NCBI GenBank assembly: GCA_038087875.1
Contig: CM075988.1
Coordinates: forward strand, 23,624,001-23,688,000
Direction: 5' to 3'
Length of the DNA stretch: 64,000 nt
Source of the DNA: Malacoraja senta
Lineage: Eukaryota
Shown here: piece after piece, positions 1 through 10,939 of the stretch
Layout of the letters: each line of letters begins with the position of its first letter
How positions within the stretch are numbered: the first letter of the stretch is position 1
The notes under the pieces: generated by a model
The model's input: the letters and a program-made list of their open reading frames with translations, nothing else
Database searches by the model: none
Told to the model about the DNA's origin: nothing
Translations under genes and position numbers: made by a program

Positions 1-951
1 CCCCTCTCCCATCAGGCAAATGGTATAGAAGTGTGAAAACACACACCACCAGATTCAGGGACAGTTTCTTCCCAGCTGTTATCAGACAACTGAATCATCC
101 TACCACAACCAGAGTGCAGTGCTGAACTATCTACCTCTTTGACGTCCCTAGGACTGTCCTTGACTGGACTTTGCTGGCTTTACCTTGTACTAAACGTGAT
201 TCACTTATCATATATCTAGACACTGTAAAAGGATTGATTGTAATTAAGTCAAGTCAAGTTTATTCGTCACATACGCAAACGAGATGTGCAGTGAAATGAA
301 AAATGGCAATGCTTGCGGATTGTGCAAAAAAACTACAAAACAGAATGGAACAGAATCAGTAATTACATATTTGTGGGTGAAAAAAAAAACAGCAATTAAA
401 AAAAGACACCACACAACAGGAAATTGTACAGTAAGTTAGTCCCTGGTGAGATAGGAGTTTACAGTCCTAATGGCCTCTGGGAAGAAACTCCTTCTCATCC
501 TCTCTGTTTTCACAGCATGGCAACGGAGGCATTTGTATTGTCTTTCTGCTGACTGGTTAGCAGGCAACAAAAAGCTTTTCACTGTACCTCTGTACACGTG
601 ACAATAAACTAAACTGAACAATAAGGCAGCAAAACCTGATATTTCCTCACCTTGTGAACAACAGATCCAATCGTCTCGAGGGCAATTAGGAATAGACAAT
701 AAATGTTGGGCTTACCAGTAACATCCACAATTTCAAAAATAGAATATTGGAAGAGGGCAAATTGAAAGGTGCAACAGAAAATGTTATAGGCTATATTTTA
801 AACAGTTTATCAATAGTTTACTTTGAGGTACATTGAACCATTGTTTCATTTCCTTTACTCAAAGACTATTTTGAAACTTGCTTATATTACTTTCACAGGA
901 GTAAGCCATTCAGTACCAGCCTTGTTGACTAACAAGATTTAAGTTACTTAC

Positions 952-1100
952 CAGAGGGTTAATTCCTGGTTCATCCTCTCCCACGGACACAAGAATACTG
1001 TGCTGTTTAAGTTGAAACAAATGTGTAACTCGGAGTTTATAAGCCTGGAAGGAACTGAATTGCAAAGTCCGTGTCAGGAACCAAATATTCCCTTCGATAT
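952..1100 (-). CDS. VPS11: VPS11 coding exon 2 (gene continues beyond the left edge of the window)
   Basis: (D)IEGNIWFLTRTLQFSSFQAYKLRVTHLFQLKQHSILVSVGEDEPGINPL; AC acceptor, GTAAGT donor; 149 nt, phase-consistent with exon 1. Confidence 0.95.
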
Positions 1101-2044
1101 GTATTCTAATGTTAAGGAAGTAATTCATTCTCAGGAAAACTCATATGTCATGGGAAGGGAACATATGAAGGAGACAATTGTCACGAAGATAATATCAATA
1201 ATAAAAACTAATCCAACATGTGCCTGAAATTTTAATGCTGATACAGGAAAATAATATTTCCAAACTGGTCCAAACCAGCACCACAAAAATTATGAACACC
1301 AATTAAAATCACTGCTACTAAAACCCAAAAGCTATGCTTGTGATGTGAATATAATGCTTCATATAGCAGACTGAGTTGGTCGAGCATTAATGTTGAAGCA
1401 AAGATGGAGTGACACCGTCATGTTGTTTTTGGAGGGATGGTGTTGAAAGTATGGGAGAAGAAGCCAGGCGAATTAAATAAAAAGACACAAATAGTACTGA
1501 AATAACTCAGCGGGTCAGGCAACTTGTGTAGGAAAGAACTGCAGCTGCTGGTTTAAATCAAAGGTAGACCCTAAATGCTGAAGTAACTGAAGAAGCAGAA
1601 GAAGGGTCTCGATCTGAAACGTCACCCATTCATTTTCTCCAGAGATGCTGCCAGCCTGTCCCACTGAGTTACTCCAGCATTTTGGGTCAGGCAACATCTC
1701 TAGAGAACATGGATTGGCGTAGGTGCAGTGGAAAGCTGGAATAGAGGTGCAGGCCTAACAAGTGATAGGTTTGAAGAAGGATACTGACCCGAAATGTCAC
1801 CTATCCATGTTCGCCAGAGATGCTACCCGACCTGCTGAGTTACTCCACCACGTTATGTCCTTTTGCCTAAACTTGCACCTGCAGTTCCTACAAGCGAGGG
1901 GAGTTTGTATGTCAAAGGGACAGACAAAGTCCAGAGATGATTCAGAAAAAAGGCTGCGAAATAAGGCAAGAAGACTCATGAAATTTGACGCCAGAGAGAG
2001 GAATATAGGGGGCAAGGGGACTTCCGATTGCCCGAGTCAAAAAG

Positions 2045-2139
2045 TCTGAAGAAGGGTTTCGACCCGAAACGTTGCCTATTTCCTTCGCTCCATAGATGCT
2101 GCTGCACCCGCTGAGTTTCTCCAGCATTTTTGTCTACCT
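2045..2139 (+). mobile_element. Penelope-like short element with a minimal hammerhead core
   Basis: CTGAAGA-A-GGGT(TTCG)ACCC-GAAAC-GTT at 2046-2073; TSD tcaaaaag (2037-2044, 2140-2147). Confidence 0.7.
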
Positions 2140-2227
2140 TCAAAAAGACAGGATTGAGTGACAAGAGGCATAATCGCAAGGTGATCGTCGATGGGATTCA
2201 GGGACTCTCGGGAACTCGATGGCCGCC

Positions 2228-2482
2228 GGGGACGGGACGGGACGGGACGGGGAGCGGGGTGTCGGGATGCAGGATGTCGGGATGCAGGGACGCAGGCCCA
2301 GCCGGTGAAGCGGGGGGACAGGGGGAGCGGGCTGCGGGGTGTCGGGCTGCAGGGATACAGGCCCAGCCGGTGAAGCGGGGGGACAGGGGGACAGGGGGAC
2401 GGGGAGCGGGGTGTCGGGCTGCAGGGACGCAGGCCCAGCCGGTGAAGCGGGGGGACAGGGGGAGCGGGCTGCGGGCCTGCAG
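2228..2482 (+). repeat. GC-rich minisatellite in VPS11 intron 1 (about 3 imperfect units)
   Basis: Repeated gcagggacgcaggcccagccggtgaagcggggggacaggggg core, plus (gggac)n. Confidence 0.85.
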
Positions 2483-2508
2483 GGTCCCTCCCGGCCGCTG
2501 AAGGATAT

Positions 2509-2653
2509 CTCCCAGCACCAGGCTGCCTCGGCCACTCGTGCAGACACTGAAGGCCGCGTCCCCCGGGCAGCGGAACTCCCGCTCCGGGACCGACTCCTTC
2601 AGCAGCTCCTTGTCGAAAAACACGAAGCGTCTCCATTGAAGAAAAGCCGCCAT
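2509..2653 (-). CDS. VPS11: VPS11 (HOPS/CORVET core subunit) coding exon 1
   Basis: ATG at 2653; MAAFLQWRRFVFFDKELLKE...CTSGRGSLVLG matches the vertebrate VPS11 N-terminus; 145 nt, ends at a U12 donor ATATCCTT. Confidence 0.95.
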
Positions 2654-2707
2654 CTTGCCCCGTCACATGACCGGCGCACGTGACCAGTCCCGGCGCTGTC
2701 ACATGAC
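2646..2707. promoter_or_regulatory. VPS11 proximal promoter/5'UTR: three CLEAR/E-box motifs and a YY1-like motif over the start codon
   Basis: GTCACATGAC 2662-2671, CACGTGAC from 2677, GTCACATGAC 2698-2707; CAAGATGGCGGC (minus strand) 2657-2646; CpG-rich context. Confidence 0.7.
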
Positions 2708-2789
2708 CTCACCCCTTAAAGGGGCCGCGCCCCGGTACAGGTGTATTAATCTGCAGAGTTTCTTACTTCAGGTATCAACACCTGTGGAA

Positions 2790-3194
2790 CAGCATCCCTC
2801 TTCCCATCAGAACTGCTGCCTCCATCGACTTTTTTTAAGTCGAGACTTAAAACTCATCTTTACTCTCAAGCCTATCTTGACGTCCTCTGAGGGAGGGCTA
2901 TATGTATGTATTTATGTATGTACTTAATCTATGAACCGGGGTGGAAGATTGCAACCTTCACGTTTTTGAAGGATTGCGCCCTGTTTCGACTAATGCAATC
3001 AACTCGACGTGCACAAACAGAAGATCAAATAGTACAAGTTGTCCTACAACTTTAGGCTGTGCACGCCACACGAAAGAAGAAGAAGAACCACTGTTGTATA
3101 ACGTTAGTACCTCCACCAATGTAAAGCACTTTGGTCAACGAGAGTTGTTTTTTAAATGTGCTATAGAAATAAAAGTGACGTGACTTGACTTGAC
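2790..3194 (+). mobile_element. L2 LINE 3' end, interrupted by retroposon copy A
   Basis: Similar to the reverse complement of 11907-12110; tgtaaagcactttgg...aataaaa(gtgac/ttgac)n. Confidence 0.7.
2938..3084 (+). mobile_element. ~140-nt HDV-ribozyme-headed retroposon, copy A (nested in an L2 3' end; P3 disrupted by an insertion)
   Basis: Starts GGGGTGGAAGATTGCAACC, ends (AAG)n; gaacc on both sides. Confidence 0.8.
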
Positions 3195-3332
3195 CTCACC
3201 TGCCCAGGACATAGACACAGTGCTGCAGTGGGTCAGGCAGCATCTCTGGAGAAAGGGAAAGGAAAATAAAAGTCTGAAGAAGGGTCTCGACCCAAAACAT
3301 CACCTATTCGTTTTCTGCAGAGATGCTGAGTG

Positions 3333-4378
3333 TAGGTATGTTACAATACTTACCTTCAGTGGCGCTGTAATTCTACCACTGGCCGTGTGCGCGAATTTGG
3401 CGCCTTTGAGGGGGGGGGGGCGGGGTTAAAACGTGGGTTTCTCCTACCTTGTCCTGTATTATATTTCGTTGGAGAACAAGCTTTTGCGGAAGAATCGTTC
3501 CGAGGGGCGTTTTGAGAATTTTTTTTTTTTAATCTCCCGACAATTTCAGCGCTGCAGTCATTTTAAAATCAGCTTCTGAAGCCGTCAACGCCAACAACGG
3601 GGACGGATATCACGTACGGGACAGGTAAACGAATGTGGTTTATTTTAATGTATAAAAGTGCATCTTAAGAAGCCTTTAATTCACATTTTTTCATGCGAAA
3701 CGGTGATTTTATTCCCTGAACTAACGGCAGCATTTTTCATGCCGATACGGGGTTAAATTCACCGCAAATCAACGTTCCAAATGATCGCGTTCCAGAAATC
3801 CTCACTCGCAAAATGATTTAAATGTCCATTAATTTACAGGTATTAAACATTAAATTCCTTCCATTTGGCCTGTAAATCCATGCCAATGAGATTTAAAAAT
3901 TATGTTATATTGTGAATTCTTGTGTGAATGTTATTTGGACACTTAGGCTATTTAAAAATGTTAATCTATTCTTAAGAAATTGATAGATGTTTAGATCTAG
4001 TAATTGAATTTTGTAATTAGCTACAATTAGGTAACTAACTAATTATATGCTTTAATTTCATGTCATCTAAATAAGATTGTTTCATATTTGTTTCAGAATG
4101 CTTCAATCTATAATAACTGAAAATTTCTTTCAGTTCTCTTAATTTTTAAGAAAGTTATGGGCTTTTGACTGTCCTCGATCACAGCTTTTGTGTTAGGTCA
4201 ATGGAAAAGCAATAGGGAACAAGATGCTAATTTCCGACTATGAAAATGGCCATAACTTTTTTAATACTGAAGATATGAAAGTGAATTAGGTGTCAAATTC
4301 AACTTCTTTTTATGCTTTATCTGGTGGGATAAATTGCAGACTTTATTTTTAAAATCTCAAAATTTTGTGACATTGCTA
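3333..4378. mobile_element. Non-autonomous DNA transposon (~1.05 kb, superfamily unassigned)
   Basis: Imperfect TIRs TAGGTATGTTACAA / TAGCAATGTCACAA; 7-bp direct repeat ctgagtg (3326-3332, 4379-4385); interrupts a short retroelement. Confidence 0.65.
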
Positions 4379-6675
4379 CTGAGTGACTCCAGCTATTTGT
4401 ATCTATCTTCTGATGTTCATAAGTTCTAGGAGCAGAATTAGACCATTTGTGTTAAAGAAGGAACTGCAGATGCTTGAAAATCGAAGGTACACAAAAATGC
4501 TGGAGAAACTCAGCGGGTGCAGCAGCATCTATGGAGCGGAGGAAATAGGCAACGTTTCGGGCCGAAACCCTTCTTCAGATGGCCCATCACGTCCACTCCG
4601 CCATTCATTCGTGACTGATCTATCTTTCCCTCGCAACCCCATTCTTCCACCTTTTCTCCATAACCGCTGACACCCTACCAATCCAGAATCTATCTCTGCC
4701 TTAAAAATATCCACTGACTTGGCCTCCACAACCTTCTGTGGCAAAGAATTCCGGGGTTATGGGGAGATGTCAGGGGAGAGGGAAACGAGATATGAATTGG
4801 TCCATTGTTGGCTGGGAACGAATTGATAACGAAGGGATACAAACGGGGAAAGTGGCAAGTGGACTTGGGTGGGAAGGAGAGGGAATACAAGGGCTACTTG
4901 AAGTTAGAGAAATCAATATTCATGCCACTGGGTTGTAACTTGCCCAGAAACCGACTTAAACATTAATTCTAGGATAGGCACATTAAACCTACATATTCCT
5001 GGCCATAGGCTAGCAGCCGGTGCAATGCCGAAAAGATGCACTCTTTCGGATCCTCTCTTTCGAATGAAATATTAATCTCGGATTCCACCCGCTCTCTCAA
5101 ATCGGTGTAAAATATATGGGGTTTTACTATCAGAGTATCATAAATACTTAGCAGATTAAACAGCAGCTCTAGAGTCTCCCCATCAACCATGTGGCTTTTG
5201 AACACTAAACTATTGACGTCTGTAGTTGCACTAAGGACTTTGGACTTTTATGCACAAGTATTGGGTCATTAATTTGTTTGTTTGGTTATTATAAGTTATC
5301 TATGAGCATTGTGTTCACAGGTCTGCCATGCTGCTGCAAGTAAGAATTTCATTGTTCCGTTGTCAGTACATATGACAATGAAACACACTTGCTTCTCGAG
5401 AGTTAGCGTATCGTCAACGGCCTTTTTCTGAAGGAACGTTGCCTGATCTCTTGGGAATGGATATTTCCAACACTTACTCTTTTTATATCAGATTTCCAGT
5501 ATCTGCATTCTGATTTTCAATAATGGATGAATTATCCCTCATGCCCACCCTACATTTATATAAATTTCATAATAACCTAGGCGGTGTCACGGTTGCAACT
5601 CATTGGAGCTTGCCGTGCATAATTTGGCTTTCATATCTCCTACAGCAGCATTATGTGGGAAGGTTGGAAAGCGCAGGCTACATCTACTGGGCATTTAGAA
5701 GAGAAAGAGGGAACCTAATTGAAACTTACAAAAGGATCTTAACAGAGTGAATGTCAAAATATGTTCTCCTATGGGAGAATGTGTGTGTCACAAATATGTG
5801 ACCCCAGGTTTACTTTGGACTTTGGGGATTCAGCAGGAAAACAGGCCCTTCAGCCCACCGAGTCTGCGCCGACCAGAGATCATTCTGTACACCAGCACTA
5901 TCCTACATACTAGGGAACATTTTTAAAAGTTTGCCTTAGCCAATTAATCTACAAACCTGTGCATCTTTGGAGTGTGGGAGGATACTAGAGCACAAGGAGA
6001 ACGTACACACTCCGTGGACAGCATCTGGTGGATCAAACCTGGGTCTCTGGCGCTGTAAGGCAGCGACTCTACCATTGCAGGTGGACACAAAAATGCTGGA
6101 GTAACTCAGCGGGACAGGCAGCATCTCTGGAGAGAAGGAATGGGTGACGTTTCGGGTCGAGACCCTTCCTCAGATTCCAACTACCATTGCACTGCCCCTG
6201 GTTCCACAAAGTAAATTCTTCCACTAAAGGTTGTGCATCTTCAGAACCCTCTTCCTGTACGGCAGAGAAAGTCTCGGCACATTAAGACAGAGTTAGGTAA
6301 GTAATAAAGGGGATGAACTCATTTATGCAGGAATACAGGAATGCCTAGTTGTGGTTACACTCAAATCAGCAATGATCTGATTAAATGATGGATCAGGACT
6401 ATTCCTAGTTAACAAATTCAGAGGGCACATTGCCAGCAAGTGCGACTTTTGGTTTGGATGGTTTACTTAAGCAAATGATACTTGCTTTTTAATTGAACTT
6501 TTCAACTCATTATCCCATTTCAGATGATTATTTCTTCAAACCCTCCAAACCTGAAGATTTTAAATTGAACCCTATTTGAATGAGATGTTAAATCACAGCT
6601 TCATCTGGTCAATTGGATGGACATAAAATATGACGCATATGAGTTTTCACTGACAAGGGTTTTACTAAACAAGGT

Positions 6676-6813
6676 CTTCTTCTTGCATACGGCGTGCACA
6701 GCCTAAAGTTGTAGGACAACTTGTTCTATTTGATCTTATTTGATTCTGCACGCCGGGTTGATTGCATTCATCGAAACAGGGCGGACCACGTGAAGGTTGC
6801 AATCTTCCACCCC
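6676..6813 (-). mobile_element. ~140-nt HDV-ribozyme-headed retroposon, copy B
   Basis: 10-bp TSD taaacaaggt (6666-6675, 6815-6824); fold intact but J4/2 is UGAA. Confidence 0.85.
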
Positions 6814-7396
6814 ATAAACAAGGTGAAATCCTTTCAGTTGATTGGTATGATAGGGCTTCAATGATGACTTGGATCATACCATTTTATAATTTTTATATGT
6901 AATCATTTCAGGAACTAATGGCCATTACACAGACTAGCAGACAGGAGGCTCCATTTTCTGAAATGCAGCAGTTAATATGATAACTCGTGTGATTGCAACT
7001 AACTGATGAGAACCAACTATTTCAGTTAGTTTGATTTTATGATTTGCCAGGGCAGAATGCAAAGTTCCGCTCCCTCTGCATGGTCAATTCTCCATTTATA
7101 TCAATCTTCAGAACTCATGCGTATTTAAAATGAGCAATCTTGTTGCAAATGTTCTATGCATTGTGATAGCACAGAGGACAAGTGATTTATATAGCAGCAG
7201 CTCGAGTTGATTTGTAGATAACTATCAGATTGAATTGTGTAGATCAGTAACTATTGGTACATCATGCTTCCTGTGAATGGCACTATTTTAGCTTGGGTTC
7301 GGTTACATGATAACCTTTAGCTGTTGAAATGTTCAGCTCAACAACCAAATTTTTATAACACAAAGCAAACCAACACTGCAAGTTTAAACCAAAGCC

Positions 7397-7402
7397 TTTA
7401 TT
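7397..7402 (-). terminator. Candidate distal HYOU1 polyadenylation signal
   Basis: AATAAA (minus strand) followed by a GU/U-rich downstream element, near the end of a ~3.5 kb repeat-free stretch. Confidence 0.45.
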
Positions 7403-10400
7403 GCTGGAACTTTCAGATGCATGTTACCTATTAAATCTATGCAAGGATATACTGTCCCCAGCACTTAATAATCTGCCCATCAAGTGCTTTCTGGCCTCCA
7501 CTCAATGACTAGTAATGCAGGCAGATCAAACTGAGGCCTTCTGCTGCATCTGATATTTTGAATGTGGCATTGCTGATTGAACCAATTCTTTGTGGCTGGA
7601 TGAAAACAAAACAACAGTATTTGCAGATTTCATATGTTTTGGGAAAGCTTTGCATTTAAATTACTCTGCACTTCAGTAGACAAAGTAGTTCTAATATCTG
7701 TGAGTCGGCCATGTTGTTCAACTCTAAATCAGATGGCAACATGTCCTTAATCACTTTTGCCTTCAAGTCACCAAACACCTGATGGTATCACCTGGTCCTT
7801 CAGCCACAAATTGATTTAACACATTTTTGTTTACAACTGAGAAGACTGGCTATTGTTTAGGTAGGAGGCAATTAGTAATACAATCCCAGATCTTTGGGGT
7901 TAGGTAATCACGGTGGTTCCGAAGTAGTTGAAAAATACCTGGAAAGTGAGTTAAGTCAAAAAACACGTCAATAACACGTGCCCACATTAGGTTTTCTTAA
8001 AGGGCAAGAGTTGGCACTGAAGCCCAAACTATTAACAAAGGTAATAAATAAGAAACATTCTAGCATCAGGTGTATGGCACAAAGTTTCCAATGTTATACG
8101 TTTAAAGGAATGTGCAATCTTGGACAAAATACATCTCTACTCTGCCCATTTTCCCACTTGCATTGAAGAACTAGTTCTAAAAAGCCAGCATCTCCTTTAA
8201 TACAAACAATTTTACATTCATGTGCTGCTTGAAAGAGCAGGACATCTGCCATGGTGCTGATGCAGCAGATCACAAGTATTGCCAATTAAAAATGTTTTAG
8301 ATGAACTCCAGGCAGGCCAGACAGCAAGGGCACAGAAGTAGGCAGCCGTTTAATGCAGTAATGGAGAACTATGAGGGTTGTCATGGGCATGTTGGACAGA
8401 TGGGCCGGATTTACCTCAGTTCGAGGTTAACCCACACAAGGCCTTTGATTCTCAGTTGGGCCAAAGTCCTAATAAGATGATGGGTTACAAATCACATGAC
8501 CTAATGGGTCAAAACCATCTTAGAATTAACTAGCCCAGGATAACAACTCATGCTAGAAGAACAAAGAGTCAGCAAAAATAAACAATTCTGCCCAAATTGA
8601 AAGCATTATATAATCTCACTGATAGATATCTTCTCAGCTTAGTTATGAACAGAAGGTACAATGTGCAGCCAGCTACTAACAAATTCAGAAAATTTATTTT
8701 ATTGAGAGAGGGAACAGTGCAGATAAACATAATGGGTCTGATGAGTCTGGTTGTTTTCAGACATTCATGTGCAGAAACAGCACCCAACTTTAGTCAGAGA
8801 CGATCAAATTGACAAGAACGACAAGTGCCATCACTGGTCCCAATTTACTTTGACCCCCATTGTTCAAGTTATACCGCATCACAGCACCATCAGCTGGTGA
8901 TCTAATATCTTTCTCAATCTTTTTTTGAAATTATGCTTCCAAGAACACCAAGAGCATGGGGGAAACCCACTAATAATCTAACTTACAACAAAAACTGATA
9001 AAACAATGATGAAACACTGAACTTCAGAAAGTACAGTCCAAACCCACTAGAGTGGTCATCTCCTCTATTCTGGTGCGATTAGCTCTCAGGCTATCAGCTT
9101 GGAGGAAACTGGGTTGCAGCAAGACTAGAGAGGCCTCGACACTGTTGGTTGGACAATAAATTTCCCGAAAATTAAACTGGAGACCAGCCTCCAGTAACTC
9201 ACCTTCAACAGACTAGATGCAGTTTAAGAAAACCACATCCTTCCATAATGGAAAGATGATGGATAGGACATTACTGATTTTCCTTTGGAGTGGAGTCCAA
9301 AAACAACACTGAATTAATTTCTGAACACAAAACAGAAACACACACACAGGTTTGTGACCAAAAACAGCAGCTTAATAGAACAATGCACAAAATAAAACTA
9401 TTCAGAGCTGGTAAAAGACAGCACTCCAGCACCAAAAAAATAAGAGAAAAAATCTTTCTGCTGCCACATGTACTTATATAATGGAGTTTCAGCAAACCAC
9501 GACTTTGACAGTCTGTCCTGAAATATCAGATGTTGGGCGGTCAAGTTCAACCCAGAGATCCTAGACACCAGACCCAAACATGTGCCTTTAAAATTCCACT
9601 ATTCAAATCATTTTTGTTTCACAAAACAAATTAGGAGTAACAAATAAGATGGATAATTCAGGAGCACGTGTTTTACCTGCAGAGCAACATTTGTACAGAA
9701 AATGTCGCCACAAGCTATTAACCGTAAGCAAGGACAAAATCATGCTTCAATGCAACCAGATGAACATAGTTTCGCCTGTGAAACTTAACGCAGGTAACTC
9801 GGCACAGAATGCAACAGCCTCTGCCAAACAGACTTACCTCCCAGTCAGACTGGTATTACATAATAAATCATGAACTGGCAACGTGAAGTGTCCTGGTGGA
9901 CAAGAGGCCTTGTGAACTGATTAAGGCGACTAGCTGAACTATTTATTCTACATGTCCTGATTCTATATCTTTAATTTGTGAATATAAGGTGGTGGGGGGG
10001 GGCAGAGAGACAACAGACTCTCAACACTCAGTCAATCATCAATGTGTGAATAAATAGTGAAGCTGTGCCAGTCTGACATCCTTTACCCATTGAAGTTGTA
10101 GCATGGCATCAAACTCAAATTCCCCAGCACAATTGTGGATTAATTTGTTTATTTGAATCCGACAGTTGCCAAGTTGCATTAATTTGTTTTACAAACTGGA
10201 CCCCTGACATTTAATTGGTTGTTCGGGGGCACATTTGGAGTCCCCGGGTCATTATAATGCAAGCCATCAGCAGGTTTTTTTTTTTTTTACAAAGAGTGTG
10301 GAATACACTCAATTTATTCTGTGCATACCATAGGTTAGATGATTACATCCCACAATCCTCTCCCAATCATTAAAAAAAAAGTCATCAAGGAATAGAATAA

Positions 10401-10880
10401 ATTCCAGGGCAATTGGATTTTGATTTAATGATGCAGCTTCACACCAAGTCCACAACCAAATCCCACCCCCCTAACTCCAATTGAAAGCAATATTAACTTA
10501 TTCAATTCAGTGCAATAAGTTCACTTATAACCAGTTTTAAAAAAAGGCAGGAAAGAAAAGACTAAATGAACACAAAGATACACTTAGGTTTCCAACAACT
10601 TGGTTATTTTGAAATTCCCTTGAACATTAACATCCATCCTGCAAACACTGCCTCTTACTGGTCACTACAGTAATTGTGGTTTGAATTGTACCTGGTGTTA
10701 CAAGTAAAACTCTTCAACAAAGTCTGTCACAGGGAAATCCAGTTCTTTTTTTTTTTTATAAAAGGAAAATGTACACCTCTGATCCAATCACATTTCATTG
10801 TCTGTTAAATTATGGCAAAGTGGTCCATTACATAAAAAGTAATGTAATATAAATAGAGCCGGTGAAGGACCCAGGAGGGG

Positions 10881-10939
10881 TTACAACTCATCTGGAGGGT
10901 GTTTGTCTGGCTTGCTTTCTGGTTTCTTTTCAACTGTGC
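10881..10939 (-). CDS. HYOU1: HYOU1 coding exon 24 (terminal)
   Basis: [22 protein letters not shown]. Confidence 0.9.

Larger units (their letters stand above)
1101..2508 (-). other. VPS11: U12-type (minor spliceosome) AT-AC intron, VPS11 intron 1
   Basis: 5' splice site ATATCCTT (2508-2501), branch site TTCCTTAAC (1119-1111), terminal AC (1102-1101); splicing here restores the Asp codon and the reading frame. Confidence 0.93.

Noticed and set aside
2076..2702. Overlapping 114-208 aa ORFs near the VPS11 start
   Set aside because: Produced by the stop-poor minisatellite; only 2509-2653 is coding
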